Assembly: GCA_934140285.1 (NCBI GenBank)
Contig: CAKPBI010000002.1
Coordinates: 64,804-128,803 of the forward strand
Direction of reading: 5' to 3'
From: an uncultured Bacilli bacterium
Lineage (GTDB): Bacteria; Bacillota_I; Bacilli_A; ML615J-28; CAG-313
Length of the DNA: 64,000 bases
Below, one piece after another: positions 48,405 to 58,018 of the stretch; position 1 is the first letter of the stretch, and each line of letters starts with the position of its first letter. The notes beneath the pieces are model-generated. The model worked only from the letters and a program-made list of their open reading frames with translations. It had not been told where the DNA came from and searched no databases. Both the position numbers and the translations under genes were made by a program.

Positions 48405-48433
48405 AAAAAAATTACAAAAATTTAGGAGGAAGT

Positions 48434-49060
48434 ATGAGCAAAGTAGTAATTTTTAATCACCCATTAATCAATCACAAATTATCAATTATTAGAGATGAAA
48501 CCACAAACACAAAACATTTCCGTGAAACTTTAAATGAAATTTCCGCTTTAATGGCTTATGAAGTAACAAGAGATTTGCCAGTTGAAGAAGTAGATGTTCA
48601 AACTCCTGTGGCAGTTGCTAAATCATATCGTTTATCTGCAAAAGTTGTAATTGTACCAATCTTAAGAGCTGGTCTTGGAATGGTAGATGGAATCTTATCA
48701 TTAATTCCGATGGCAAAAGTTGGTCATATTGGTTTATACCGTAATGAAGAAACTTTAAAACCTGAAAGATACTATGCTAAATTTCCCCCAACAATTAAAG
48801 AAGGTATTGTATTTTTAGTTGATCCAATGCTTGCAACTGGTGGTAGTGCTGTTGAAGCAATCAATATTCTAAAGGAAGCAGGAGCTAAGAAAATTGCTTA
48901 CATTGGCTTAGTAGGCGTAGATGAAGGTATTGATAATCTTAGAACTCATCATCCTGATGTAGATATATATTTAGCTGCTAAAGATGATCATCTAAATGAA
49001 AAAGGCTACATTGTACCTGGCCTTGGTGATTGTGGAGATAGAATTTTTGGAACAAAATAA
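48434..49060 (+). CDS. upp: Uracil phosphoribosyltransferase
   Basis: [21 protein letters not shown]..., PRPP-binding [10 protein letters not shown]. Confidence 0.95.
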   Translation: MSKVVIFNHPLINHKLSIIRDETTNTKHFRETLNEISALMAYEVTRDLPVEEVDVQTPVAVAKSYRLSAKVVIVPILRAGLGMVDGILSLIPMAKVGHIGLYRNEETLKPERYYAKFPPTIKEGIVFLVDPMLATGGSAVEAINILKEAGAKKIAYIGLVGVDEGIDNLRTHHPDVDIYLAAKDDHLNEKGYIVPGLGDCGDRIFGTK

Positions 49061-49078
49061 GAAATAATAAAACAAATA

Positions 49079-49115
49079 AGACCCTGTTTAATAATAAACA
49101 GAGTCTTTTGTTTTT
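49079..49115. terminator. Bidirectional terminator between upp (+) and recU (-)
   Basis: agaccctgttta / taaacagagtct (one mismatch) followed by a T-run. Confidence 0.6.
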
Positions 49116-49722
49116 ATTCATTATTTTCAATCATGTAATCAATTGCTTTGATATAATCAACCTTAGGACTAAATCCAAGTTTTATTTCATAGGCATTTTC
49201 TTTAAAGTAAGAATAGGGAATACTCTTTCTTTCCCCTTTTAAAGAGGCATAGTATAAAGCTATCAACTTTGGCGTAGGAAGAACGAAAACTTCATGTTTG
49301 GTACTAAACTCAATTATTAAAAAAGATATTCCACCCATTTTATATACTGTTTCAAGATGCATTAATTGGTGAACATATATATGTTGAAAAGAAAAACTTT
49401 GGGTATGACAGCTTTTAGCTTCAAAGTCAATATACTTTCCTTTATAAATTCCATTATAGTCAGTAGTAGATGGAGTTCTATAATAAGCTTCAACAATTCT
49501 TGCTTTATTACGTGCAGGATAATCAACTCTTACTATTTGAACAGGAGTTGGTTTTTTATATATACAAGCAATGTTGTGTTGTAAATAATAGGCATTAGAA
49601 TCATTAATTAGACTTTCAAAATCAATACCAAGATGAGATCTTCTAATATCTTTTTCTTTTGTATTAGATTTTGTATCAATTGTTGCGACTTTTCCATTAG
49701 GATATTTAAAAGTATTATTCAT
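49114..49722 (-). CDS. recU: Holliday junction resolvase RecU
   Basis: 202 aa. RecU core (..GIDFE..ACIYKKPTPVQIVRVDYPAR...YIDFEAK). Confidence 0.8.
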   Translation of the reverse strand: MNNTFKYPNGKVATIDTKSNTKEKDIRRSHLGIDFESLINDSNAYYLQHNIACIYKKPTPVQIVRVDYPARNKARIVEAYYRTPSTTDYNGIYKGKYIDFEAKSCHTQSFSFQHIYVHQLMHLETVYKMGGISFLIIEFSTKHEVFVLPTPKLIALYYASLKGERKSIPYSYFKENAYEIKLGFSPKVDYIKAIDYMIENNE

Positions 49723-49811
49723 TTTATCACCATAATAATTATATCAAAAAAATTAAGAAACATCAATAAAAAAAGAACACTTTTGGAAATAATAATATTG
49801 TCACTAAATGT

Positions 49812-49840
49812 TTGACATTTAATAAAAAATATAGTATAAT
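49812..49840 (+). promoter_or_regulatory. Consensus sigma-A promoter for rny
   Basis: Exact TTGACA, 17-nt spacer, exact TATAAT. Confidence 0.7.
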
Positions 49841-49925
49841 ACTTTAGTATGGGTTATAATGCCTATGATTAAAAATAGGCTTTTAATATAATTTAGATAC
49901 GAATAAATTGAAAGGAGAAATTATT

Positions 49926-51512
49926 ATGATGCCAATATGGCTTGGCGTTCTCCTTGTGTTAGTTGTTGCTGCTGTAGCAGCTTTTCTATTCATATACCGC
50001 TATAAAGCAGGTATAAATAAAGGAATAAATTTAACTGAAGAAAAATATGAAAAGCTTGGAAAAGAAGCGAAAAAATTAATTGAGGATGCTGAAAATGAAG
50101 GAGAACTTCGCAAGAAACAATTAATCGAAGAAGCTAAAAAAGAAATTCAAGCAATGCGTGAAGAATATAATTTAGAAGTTAAAGAACGAAAAGCTCAACT
50201 ACAAGAAGAGGCTAACAAGCTTGAACGTCGTGAAACAAGTCTAGATAATCGTTCAGATAATCTAGATAAACGTGAAACAAGTTTAATTACAAAAGAAAAT
50301 AAACTAGAATCACGTATTATTGAAGTTGAACAAAGAAATGCAAAAATTGAAGAATTAATTGCTGAACAAGAAAGAAAGTTAATGGAAATTGCTGGCTTTA
50401 GTATGGATGAAGCACGTGAAATTGTTTTCGCTAAACTAAAAGAAGAAATGGCAATGGAAATGGCAATCTATGTTAAAGAAGAAACAGAAAAAGCAAAATA
50501 TGAAAGCACTCATAAATCACAAATGATTTTAGCAAATGCTATTCAACAATATGCTAATGAAACTATTCAAGAAAAAACTGTTTCTGTTATCCCTCTTCCA
50601 AATGATGAAATGAAGGGAAGAATCATTGGCCGTGAAGGTAGAAACATCCGTGCCATTGAAGCTGTAACTGGTGTAGATTTAATTATTGATGATACTCCTG
50701 ATTCAGTTGTTATCTCATGTTTTGATCCAGTAAGAAGAGAAATCGCAAGAAGAACTCTTGAAATTCTAGTAAGTGATGGTCGTATTCAACCTCCTAGAAT
50801 TGAAGAAGTTTTCGCAAAATGTACTAAAGAATTAGAAAATGAAATGCGTGAAGAAGGCGAAAAAGCTGTATTTGAAATTGGTATCGGCAAGATTCATCCT
50901 GAACTTGTTAAACTAATTGGACGCTTACATTTTAGAACAAGTTATGGCCAAAATGCTTTACAACATTCAAAAGAAGTTGCTTTCCTTGCGGGAAAACTTG
51001 CAGCTGAAATTGGTGAAGATGAAACTCTTGCTCGTAGAGCTGGTTTACTTCACGATATTGGTAAAGCCACAGACCATGAAACTGAAGGAAGTCACGTTGA
51101 AATAGGTGTTGAAATTGCAACTAAATTTAGAGAAAATCCAACAGTAATTGATGCTATCGCTTCTCACCATGGTGACCAAGAAGCAACAACAGTTATCGCT
51201 CACTTAATAGCTGCTGCTGACACTCTTTCTGCTGCACGTCCTGGTGCTCGTAGTGAATCATTAGATAACTACATTAAACGTCTTCAACAACTTGAAGAAT
51301 TAAGTAACCAATTTAAAGGTGTTGAAAAAACTTATGCTCTTCAAGCAGGTCGTGAAGTACGTATTATCGTTAAACCTGAAGAAATCACAGATGCTGAGGC
51401 TTACATGCTAGCACGTGAAATTAAGAATAAGATTGAATCAACAATGAATTACCCAGGTAATATTAAAGTTGTTGTAATTAGAGAAGTTCGAGTTCAAGAA
51501 ACAGCTCGTTAG
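49926..51512 (+). CDS. rny: Ribonuclease Y
   Basis: N-terminal TM, coiled coil, KH domain ([15 protein letters not shown]), HD domain ([13 protein letters not shown]...LLHDIGKA). Start at ATG after aaaggag; the track's upstream ATG contains the RBS. Confidence 0.9.
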   Translation: MMPIWLGVLLVLVVAAVAAFLFIYRYKAGINKGINLTEEKYEKLGKEAKKLIEDAENEGELRKKQLIEEAKKEIQAMREEYNLEVKERKAQLQEEANKLERRETSLDNRSDNLDKRETSLITKENKLESRIIEVEQRNAKIEELIAEQERKLMEIAGFSMDEAREIVFAKLKEEMAMEMAIYVKEETEKAKYESTHKSQMILANAIQQYANETIQEKTVSVIPLPNDEMKGRIIGREGRNIRAIEAVTGVDLIIDDTPDSVVISCFDPVRREIARRTLEILVSDGRIQPPRIEEVFAKCTKELENEMREEGEKAVFEIGIGKIHPELVKLIGRLHFRTSYGQNALQHSKEVAFLAGKLAAEIGEDETLARRAGLLHDIGKATDHETEGSHVEIGVEIATKFRENPTVIDAIASHHGDQEATTVIAHLIAAADTLSAARPGARSESLDNYIKRLQQLEELSNQFKGVEKTYALQAGREVRIIVKPEEITDAEAYMLAREIKNKIESTMNYPGNIKVVVIREVRVQETAR

Positions 51513-51527
51513 AAAGAATTAACAAAA

Positions 51528-52304
51528 ATGAAGATATTAATGATTGGTGATGTCTATGGTTCAATGGGGAGAAAAATTTTATATGCAAAACTTCCTGAAC
51601 TAAGAACGCAAAAAGGAATAAATTTTGTAATTGTAAATGGAGAAAACATTGCTCATGGTACTGGTATTAATGAAACATATTACAAGGAATTACTAGAAAA
51701 TCATGTTAATGTTGTAACTTTAGGAAATCATTCCTTTAGAAATAATGATATCCATAATTTTATTGCAGATGCTAAATCTTTGATAAGACCATTGAATATG
51801 CCAGAAGGAACTCCTGGAAAAGGATATGTAACAGTAAGATATAATAATATTACAATTACGGTATTCCAAGTAATGGGAAGAACTTTTATGAATGGTCCTC
51901 TTGATTGTCCATTCCGTGCAACAGAAAATCTATTAAAAAATGTAAAAAGCGATTTATACATTTGTGATTTTCACGGAGAAGCAACAAGTGAAAAAGTCGC
52001 GTATGGCTTATATTTTGATGGCAGAATAAACGTCATAGCTGGTACGCACACTCACGTTCAAACAAATGATGCTCATATTCTTGATAAAGGAACAATGTAC
52101 ATGACAGATCTTGGAATGACAGGAGCTCGCGATGGTGTTATTGGCGTTGATCCAATAATGATTGAACAAAAGTTTTTAACCGGTTTACCTTGCCGTCATA
52201 TTCCAATGGAAAAAGGAAAAAAACAATTATGTGGATTAATTATAGAAATTAATGAGTCATCGCATAAAGTGACAAATTTCGAGGTTGTTAATATAGTACA
52301 ATAG
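51528..52304 (+). CDS. ymdB: YmdB-like 2',3'-cyclic-nucleotide phosphodiesterase (TIGR00282 metallophosphoesterase)
   Basis: MKILMIGDVYGSMGRKIL...VNGEN..HG...GNH, and GTHTHVQTND. Confidence 0.85.
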   Translation: MKILMIGDVYGSMGRKILYAKLPELRTQKGINFVIVNGENIAHGTGINETYYKELLENHVNVVTLGNHSFRNNDIHNFIADAKSLIRPLNMPEGTPGKGYVTVRYNNITITVFQVMGRTFMNGPLDCPFRATENLLKNVKSDLYICDFHGEATSEKVAYGLYFDGRINVIAGTHTHVQTNDAHILDKGTMYMTDLGMTGARDGVIGVDPIMIEQKFLTGLPCRHIPMEKGKKQLCGLIIEINESSHKVTNFEVVNIVQ

Positions 52305-52376
52305 TGTTGTAAGCATAAAATCCTTTCAAATTGAATAGAATTTATTGCAAACAAATTTACTAGGAGGTATTATATT

Positions 52377-52640
52377 ATGGATGTATTAAAAGTTTCTTCA
52401 AAATCAAAACCAAATTCTGTAGCAGGTGCACTTGCAAATGCATTTCGTGACAAACAAGTTGTAGAAGTACAAGCTGTAGGGGCTGGCTCATTAAATCAAG
52501 CAATTAAAGCTATCGCTATTGCAAGAGGATATGTAGCACCTACAGGAAAGGATTTAGTTTGTATCCCTGCTTTCAGCGATGTTGTAATTGATGGTGAAGA
52601 ACGTACTGCAATTAAGTTAATTGTTGAATCTCGTAAATAA
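52377..52640 (+). CDS. spoVS: Stage V sporulation protein S
   Basis: MDVLKVSSKSKPNSVAGALA...AVGAGSLNQAIKAIAIARGYVAPTGKDLVCIPAF...DGEERTAIKLIVE matches B. subtilis SpoVS nearly end to end. Confidence 0.9.
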   Translation: MDVLKVSSKSKPNSVAGALANAFRDKQVVEVQAVGAGSLNQAIKAIAIARGYVAPTGKDLVCIPAFSDVVIDGEERTAIKLIVESRK

Positions 52641-52662
52641 GTTGGCTTTTGCCAACTTTTTC
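52641..52662 (+). terminator. spoVS terminator
   Basis: gttggc tttt gccaac followed by T6. Confidence 0.75.
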
Positions 52663-52685
52663 TTAAAAATAGAAGAGGTGATAAA

Positions 52686-53240
52686 ATGAGTTTACCGACT
52701 CTCATGACAGAAAGATTAATAATAAGACCAATATCTGTATTAGATGCAGATGATATGTATGAATATGCAAGAACTCCATATGTTGGTCCACTAGCAGGAT
52801 GGGAACCACATCATTCTATTGATCAAACAATCGCTGTTATAAAGAATATGCAAACAATTCATAGTCCTAATGAACTTGGTAATTGGGCAATAATCTATCG
52901 TGCAAATGGTAAAATGATTGGAACCATTGAACTTTACAATCATATCCCATATTTTAAGGCAGAACTAGGTTATGCATTAAGCCCTACCTATTGGGGACAA
53001 GGCATTGTACCTGAGGCTGCACTAGAAGTAATTAGTTATGGATTTGAATACTTGCGTTTAAAAAGAATTGAAGTTGGTGTATTTACAGATAATTTTCAAT
53101 CACAAAGAGTGTGTGAAAAATTAGGATTTACAAAAGAAGGAATCGCTAGAAATGGTTATCTCCGTTATGATGGAAAAATCTTTGATAAACTTCAATATGG
53201 AATGACAAACGTAGAATTTGAAGAAAAATATAGAAAGTAG
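52686..53240 (+). CDS. GNAT family N-acetyltransferase (RimJ/RimL-like)
   Basis: LIIRPISVLDADDMYEYA..., GNAT motif A region (RVCEKLGFTKEG). Confidence 0.65.
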   Translation: MSLPTLMTERLIIRPISVLDADDMYEYARTPYVGPLAGWEPHHSIDQTIAVIKNMQTIHSPNELGNWAIIYRANGKMIGTIELYNHIPYFKAELGYALSPTYWGQGIVPEAALEVISYGFEYLRLKRIEVGVFTDNFQSQRVCEKLGFTKEGIARNGYLRYDGKIFDKLQYGMTNVEFEEKYRK

Positions 53241-53247
53241 TAAGCGT

Positions 53248-54693
53248 ATGAAAAAAGCAAATACATATGTAAAATTAATTGAACCATCAATCAAAGAAGC
53301 AAGATATCGTAAGAATAATAATACAAATGTGTATCATTTTATGCTTGATCCTAAATATATAAATTTAGGGGCTGGAAAAAAATATATGTTAAAAACATAC
53401 GGATGTCAAGGCAATCTTGCAGATAGCGAAAAAATATCTGGTATGCTTGAAATGATGGGATTTGAACCAACAGACAACGAATTAGAAGCAAACTTTGTTC
53501 TTTTCAATACTTGTGCAATTCGTGAGAATGCGGAAGAAAGAGTCTTTGGAGAACTTGGTAGACTTCAAAAATTTAAAAAGCAAAACCCTGAAATGCTAGT
53601 AGGAATATGTGGATGTATGCCACAAGAAGAAAAAGTAGTAAAAGCCTTAAAAGAAAAATTTGATCAAGTTGATATTGTATTTGGAACACATAACATTGCT
53701 TCACTTCCAGAATACTTGTATGATGCTATTAATTCTAAGAAAAAAGTAATTGAAGTATTATCTTATGAAGGTGATATCTATGAAGAAATCCCTGTCAAAA
53801 GAGATCATGACAAAAAAGCTTGGGTTAACATTATGTATGGATGTGATGAATTTTGTACATATTGTATTGTCCCATATACAAGAGGAAAAGAACGCTCAAG
53901 AGATCCTCAAGCAATCCTTGATGAGGTAAAAAGCCTTGCGGAAGAAGGTTATGTAGAAGTAACATTATTAGGTCAAAATGTAAATGCCTACGGAAAAGAT
54001 TTTACTGATTTAAAATATACTTTTGCTGATTTACTTAGAGATCTTAATAAAATTAATATTCCACGTATTCGTTTTACAACATCTCATCCTCGTGATTTAG
54101 ATGATGCAACAATTGAAGCTATGGCCCTTGGGGGAAACATTATGCCTCATCTTCATCTACCAGTACAATCAGGTAGTAGTACAGTATTAAAAAAGATGAA
54201 CCGTAAATATACAAAAGAAGAATATATGGATAAGATTAACAAACTTAAAGCTAAGATTCCTGATATCGTTATTACTACTGATATCATAGTAGCTTTCCCA
54301 GGAGAAACTGAAGAAGACTTCCAAAAAACAATTGACTTAGTAAAGGAAGTTGAATATGGTGGAGCATATACATTTATCTACTCCCCACGTGAAGGAACTC
54401 CCGCTGCAACTTATCCAAATCCATTAACCGAAGTTGAAAAACATCAACGCTTAGATGCTTTAAATGAAGTAGTTAATACATATAGTTTGAAAGCTCATCA
54501 AAAATTTGAAAATGAAATTGTCGAAGTACTAGTTGAAGGCCCAAGTAAAAATAACCCTAATATTTTATCAGGATATTCTAAGCATAATATGTTAGTTAAT
54601 TTTGAAGGTGACAAATCTTTAATAGGAAAACTTGTAAATGTAAAAGTTACAAAAGCATACTCATGGCATTTATTTGGTGAAGTACAAAAATAA
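53248..54693 (+). CDS. miaB: tRNA-i6A37 methylthiotransferase MiaB
   Basis: MTTase N-terminal YGCQGN, radical-SAM CDEFCTYC, TRAM domain. The track's TTG start at 53218 overlaps the GNAT stop; ATG 53248 preferred. Confidence 0.9.
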   Translation: MKKANTYVKLIEPSIKEARYRKNNNTNVYHFMLDPKYINLGAGKKYMLKTYGCQGNLADSEKISGMLEMMGFEPTDNELEANFVLFNTCAIRENAEERVFGELGRLQKFKKQNPEMLVGICGCMPQEEKVVKALKEKFDQVDIVFGTHNIASLPEYLYDAINSKKKVIEVLSYEGDIYEEIPVKRDHDKKAWVNIMYGCDEFCTYCIVPYTRGKERSRDPQAILDEVKSLAEEGYVEVTLLGQNVNAYGKDFTDLKYTFADLLRDLNKINIPRIRFTTSHPRDLDDATIEAMALGGNIMPHLHLPVQSGSSTVLKKMNRKYTKEEYMDKINKLKAKIPDIVITTDIIVAFPGETEEDFQKTIDLVKEVEYGGAYTFIYSPREGTPAATYPNPLTEVEKHQRLDALNEVVNTYSLKAHQKFENEIVEVLVEGPSKNNPNILSGYSKHNMLVNFEGDKSLIGKLVNVKVTKAYSWHLFGEVQK

Positions 54694-54696
54694 ATT

Positions 54697-54731
54697 AACT
54701 ACTAAGAAATTAAATTCTTAGTAGTTTTTTT
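54697..54731 (+). terminator. miaB terminator
   Basis: aactactaagaa / ttcttagtagtt followed by T6. Confidence 0.7.
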
Positions 54732-54749
54732 AAAAAAGAGGAGTAATTA

Positions 54750-55400
54750 ATGAAGAACAAGATATATATATTTATAAAAGGAATATTAGCTGGTTTTTGT
54801 ATTGGCCTTGGTGGCAGATTATTTTTAGAAGGATTAAATCTTGGTGTTGGTAAAGTCGTATCGGCATTTTTATTTCCAATTGGTTTAATCTTAATTTGTA
54901 ATTTTGATTTTTATCTTTACACTGGTAAAATATGTTATTTACCAAATGCCATAAAAGAGAAAAATGCTTTAAATTGCATTTTTGAATTATTACTAGGATT
55001 TATCGGAAACTTCTTTGGAGCTTTCCTAATCGCAATAATTTTTAAATTATGTTTTGGAAATAGTGAGATAGTAAGTGGTGTTGTTCAAACTAAATTAGAC
55101 TATGAGTGGTATAAACTAATAGTTTTAGGTTTCCTTTGTGGAATTCTTATATATTTTGCAGTTGAAGGATTTAAAAATATCCAAAACAACTTTGGAAAAT
55201 ATATAGTTTTAATTCTTTGTATAGCAGGATTCATCATTGCTAGTTTTGAACACTGTATTGCTGATATTTTCTATTTTTCATTAAATGGATTAACAATAAA
55301 AGAAATATTTGTCATAATCCCGTTAATAACTTTAGGCAATAGTTTAGGGGGAATGCTTGTCCCCACAATTAAACTTATATTTGAAAAAGATAAAGATTAA
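54750..55400 (+). CDS. Short FNT (formate/nitrite transporter)-family-like membrane protein
   Basis: IKGILAGFCIGLGG and GLILICNFDFYLYTG resemble the FocA TM1/TM2 motifs. Only 216 aa. Confidence 0.45.
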   Translation: MKNKIYIFIKGILAGFCIGLGGRLFLEGLNLGVGKVVSAFLFPIGLILICNFDFYLYTGKICYLPNAIKEKNALNCIFELLLGFIGNFFGAFLIAIIFKLCFGNSEIVSGVVQTKLDYEWYKLIVLGFLCGILIYFAVEGFKNIQNNFGKYIVLILCIAGFIIASFEHCIADIFYFSLNGLTIKEIFVIIPLITLGNSLGGMLVPTIKLIFEKDKD

Positions 55401-55407
55401 AAATTTT

Positions 55408-55437
55408 AGTGTAAATAGTATTATTTACACTTTTTTT
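55408..55437 (+). terminator. Rho-independent terminator
   Basis: agtgtaaata / tatttacact followed by T7. Confidence 0.7.
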
Positions 55438-55571
55438 CACATTTACTTCTCGTAATTAATAAAATATAGTGTAATTAATATTCATTAATTCATTTAATAT
55501 CTAATATAATTAAGTAAATATCGTCACCCTAAACAATAGAAATGAATATATTATACTGAGGAGGGATATAG

Positions 55572-56093
55572 ATGAATGAAGTTCGCGAAATAGTCACTAG
55601 AGCCGTAGTCGCAAAAGGTAAAAAAATATTTCGTGTTAGTGAAGTAGTAAAGCCTTGTAATGATGCCTACAGTATTCTTGGATGTTGGGTTATAAATCAT
55701 GAATTTGAAGCAGAACTTGGCGATAAGAAAGTAGACCTTCAAGGTGACTTTGAAATCAATATATGGTATGCTTATGACAATAATTCAAAAACCGATATTG
55801 CGAGAAGTACATCTCACTATACAGGAACAATAAAAGTTAGAGAAATCATTTGTGATTATATTGGAAATAACTGTGATGTTATAGCACGAGTTTTACAACA
55901 ACCTACTTGCACAAATGCTAAAATTACTGACCAAGGCATAGAAGTAGAAGTAGTCTTTGAAGTATTAGTAGAAGTAATAGGTGAAACAAAGATGATGGTT
56001 ACAGTATTTAATTGTACAGATAATGTAGAACCTATTGATGATGATGACTTCGAAAATGAAATTAATGAGGACTTTTTAAATGAACCAAAATAA
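55572..56093 (+). CDS. cotE: Spore coat morphogenetic protein CotE
   Basis: MNEVREIVTRAVVAKGKK...ILGCWVINHEFEAE...NIWYAYDNNSKTD...IARVLQQPTCT...EVIGETKMMV and the acidic C-terminus are collinear with B. subtilis CotE. Confidence 0.8.
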   Translation: MNEVREIVTRAVVAKGKKIFRVSEVVKPCNDAYSILGCWVINHEFEAELGDKKVDLQGDFEINIWYAYDNNSKTDIARSTSHYTGTIKVREIICDYIGNNCDVIARVLQQPTCTNAKITDQGIEVEVVFEVLVEVIGETKMMVTVFNCTDNVEPIDDDDFENEINEDFLNEPK

Positions 56094-56116
56094 TAAGGTA
56101 GAAGAGAGGGATTTAG

Positions 56117-56560
56117 ATGTATCATATTGTAAGAATGAATGAAAAGTTAGAACAAATAGCTTTAACATATAATCTAAGTGTAGAAGAAATTAAGAGTAAC
56201 AATCAACATATAAGAGATTGGGGAAAACTTGTTGCGGGGACCAAATTAATTCTTCCTGCTATCCCTTCAGCTTTACGTGATGAGTTAAATGATGTAGAAC
56301 CATTTATAGAAGATTACTATCCAAAATTGATTAATCCATCTGAATATCAAAATATCAATGATGAAGAACCTAAAGTAGAGGTAAACAATGAAAATAATGA
56401 GGTCGAAGAAACTTCATCAAAACCAGTTTCGACAATTCAGAAAAAGACTAATCCATCTAAAACACCAACTTACTATAAAGGATACTATCCTCATGCTTCT
56501 TATCTCTACCCATATTATTACCCTTACGCAATAAGGAAAACAAAGCATAATCATAAATAA
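56117..56560 (+). CDS. SafA/SpoVID-like LysM protein with Tyr-rich C-terminal tail (spore coat-like)
   Basis: N-terminal LysM (YHIVRMNEKLEQIALTYNLSVEEIKSNNQ...GTKLILPAIP) resembles the SafA N-terminus. C-terminus YYKGYYPHASYLYPYYYPYAIRK. Confidence 0.5.
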   Translation: MYHIVRMNEKLEQIALTYNLSVEEIKSNNQHIRDWGKLVAGTKLILPAIPSALRDELNDVEPFIEDYYPKLINPSEYQNINDEEPKVEVNNENNEVEETSSKPVSTIQKKTNPSKTPTYYKGYYPHASYLYPYYYPYAIRKTKHNHK

Positions 56561-56584
56561 TCCATCTTAGGATGGATTTTTTAT
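56559..56584 (+). terminator. Rho-independent terminator
   Basis: aatccatc ttag gatggatt followed by T6. Confidence 0.75.
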
Positions 56585-56636
56585 TGATTTTTTTATATAA
56601 AAATGGTATAATATTAGTGAAAGGAAAGGTGATAAT

Positions 56637-58013
56637 ATGACTGATTTAGAAATCAAAAACTTAATTGAAAAAATTGATGTTGAAAAAAGCCCAACTAACC
56701 TAAGAAAGCTTTTAATAGATTATCACCCGTATGACCTTGCGACAATATTTAAAGAGTTAAGTGAGCAATCAAGAAAATTGTTTTACTCTACATTTGATGA
56801 AAAAGAACTAGCAGATATTTTTGAATATTTAGATGAAGAAGATGCGGTAAAATACTTACAAGAAATGAATCTTCAAAAAGCTTCATCAGTAATTAATGAA
56901 ATGGAACCCGATGATGCCGCCGATGTTATGAGTGCAATGGAAGATGATAACATGCAAAGTTATCTTGCTGAAATGCCAAAAGAAGATGCCCAAGAGTTAG
57001 GTGAATTAGTTAAGTATGATGATGACACTGCAGGTTCTGTTATGTCCACAAACTATGTAGAGTTATCAACTAAAATGGATGTTAAAGATGCAATGAAACA
57101 TTTAATATCTGTAGCTAATGAACTAGAAATTATTGATCCATTATTTATTTGTGAAAATGATATTTTAAAGGGATATATTGATTTAAAAGATTTGATAATC
57201 GCAAGATCTCCAAACAAAATGGAAGATATAATGAATCCTAATGTAATTAGTTGTGAAGTAAATGATGACATTGGAATGGTAATTAAAAAAATTAAAGACT
57301 ATGATATTAATGCAATACCTGTAACAGATAATGGAAAATTAGTAGGAATAGTTACTGTCGATGATGCCATTGATGAAGCCATCGAAGATATTAAAGATGA
57401 TTATTCCAAGATGGTCGGTGTAACATCAGATATTGATGAAACAACCAATATCTTTAAAAATATGTTAAAGAGATTACCTTGGCTAATATGCCTTCTTGTC
57501 GCAAGTTTACTTATTTCTAATATAACTAGTACTTTTGAAGAAGTAATTGTTCAAGTTACGATTTTTGCTTTTTTCCAATCTCTTGTATTTGATATGGCAG
57601 GAAATGCTGGAACCCAAAGTCTTGCAGTTACTGTTAGAAGCATTAGTAAACATGAAATGGATACTAAAAAAGGTGTTTTTAAACACCTTGGAAAAGAACT
57701 ATTAACAGCTGGCATTACTTCGGTAATTCTTGGAATTCTAACATTTGGAATGTGTTATTTATACTTGTTAATTAAAAATGATAAAACTGTTGTATATTGG
57801 TTAGTATCATTAATAATTAGTGGTTCATTAATGATTTCTTTACTAGTAACAGAAATGTTAGGAGCTATTATTCCTCTTTTCTTCTACAAAATAAAAGTTG
57901 ACCCTGCTGTTGCATCAGGCCCACTCATTACAACCTTAAGTGATACTATTTCAATTGTTATTTATTTTGGACTAGCAAGTCTACTATTAAGTCACATTAT
58001 GGTAGGAGGATGA
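56637..58013 (+). CDS. mgtE: Magnesium transporter MgtE (copy 1)
   Basis: MgtE N domain, CBS pair, five-TM domain with FQSLVFDMAGNAGTQSLAV and DPAVASGPLITT. Confidence 0.9.
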   Translation: MTDLEIKNLIEKIDVEKSPTNLRKLLIDYHPYDLATIFKELSEQSRKLFYSTFDEKELADIFEYLDEEDAVKYLQEMNLQKASSVINEMEPDDAADVMSAMEDDNMQSYLAEMPKEDAQELGELVKYDDDTAGSVMSTNYVELSTKMDVKDAMKHLISVANELEIIDPLFICENDILKGYIDLKDLIIARSPNKMEDIMNPNVISCEVNDDIGMVIKKIKDYDINAIPVTDNGKLVGIVTVDDAIDEAIEDIKDDYSKMVGVTSDIDETTNIFKNMLKRLPWLICLLVASLLISNITSTFEEVIVQVTIFAFFQSLVFDMAGNAGTQSLAVTVRSISKHEMDTKKGVFKHLGKELLTAGITSVILGILTFGMCYLYLLIKNDKTVVYWLVSLIISGSLMISLLVTEMLGAIIPLFFYKIKVDPAVASGPLITTLSDTISIVIYFGLASLLLSHIMVGG

Positions 58014-58018
58014 TCTAA

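Noticed and set aside
56561-56636. Possible M-box riboswitch upstream of mgtE
   Set aside because: Only 76 nt are available between the terminator and the mgtE start, and no conserved M-box helices are visible. An Rfam scan is still worth running.
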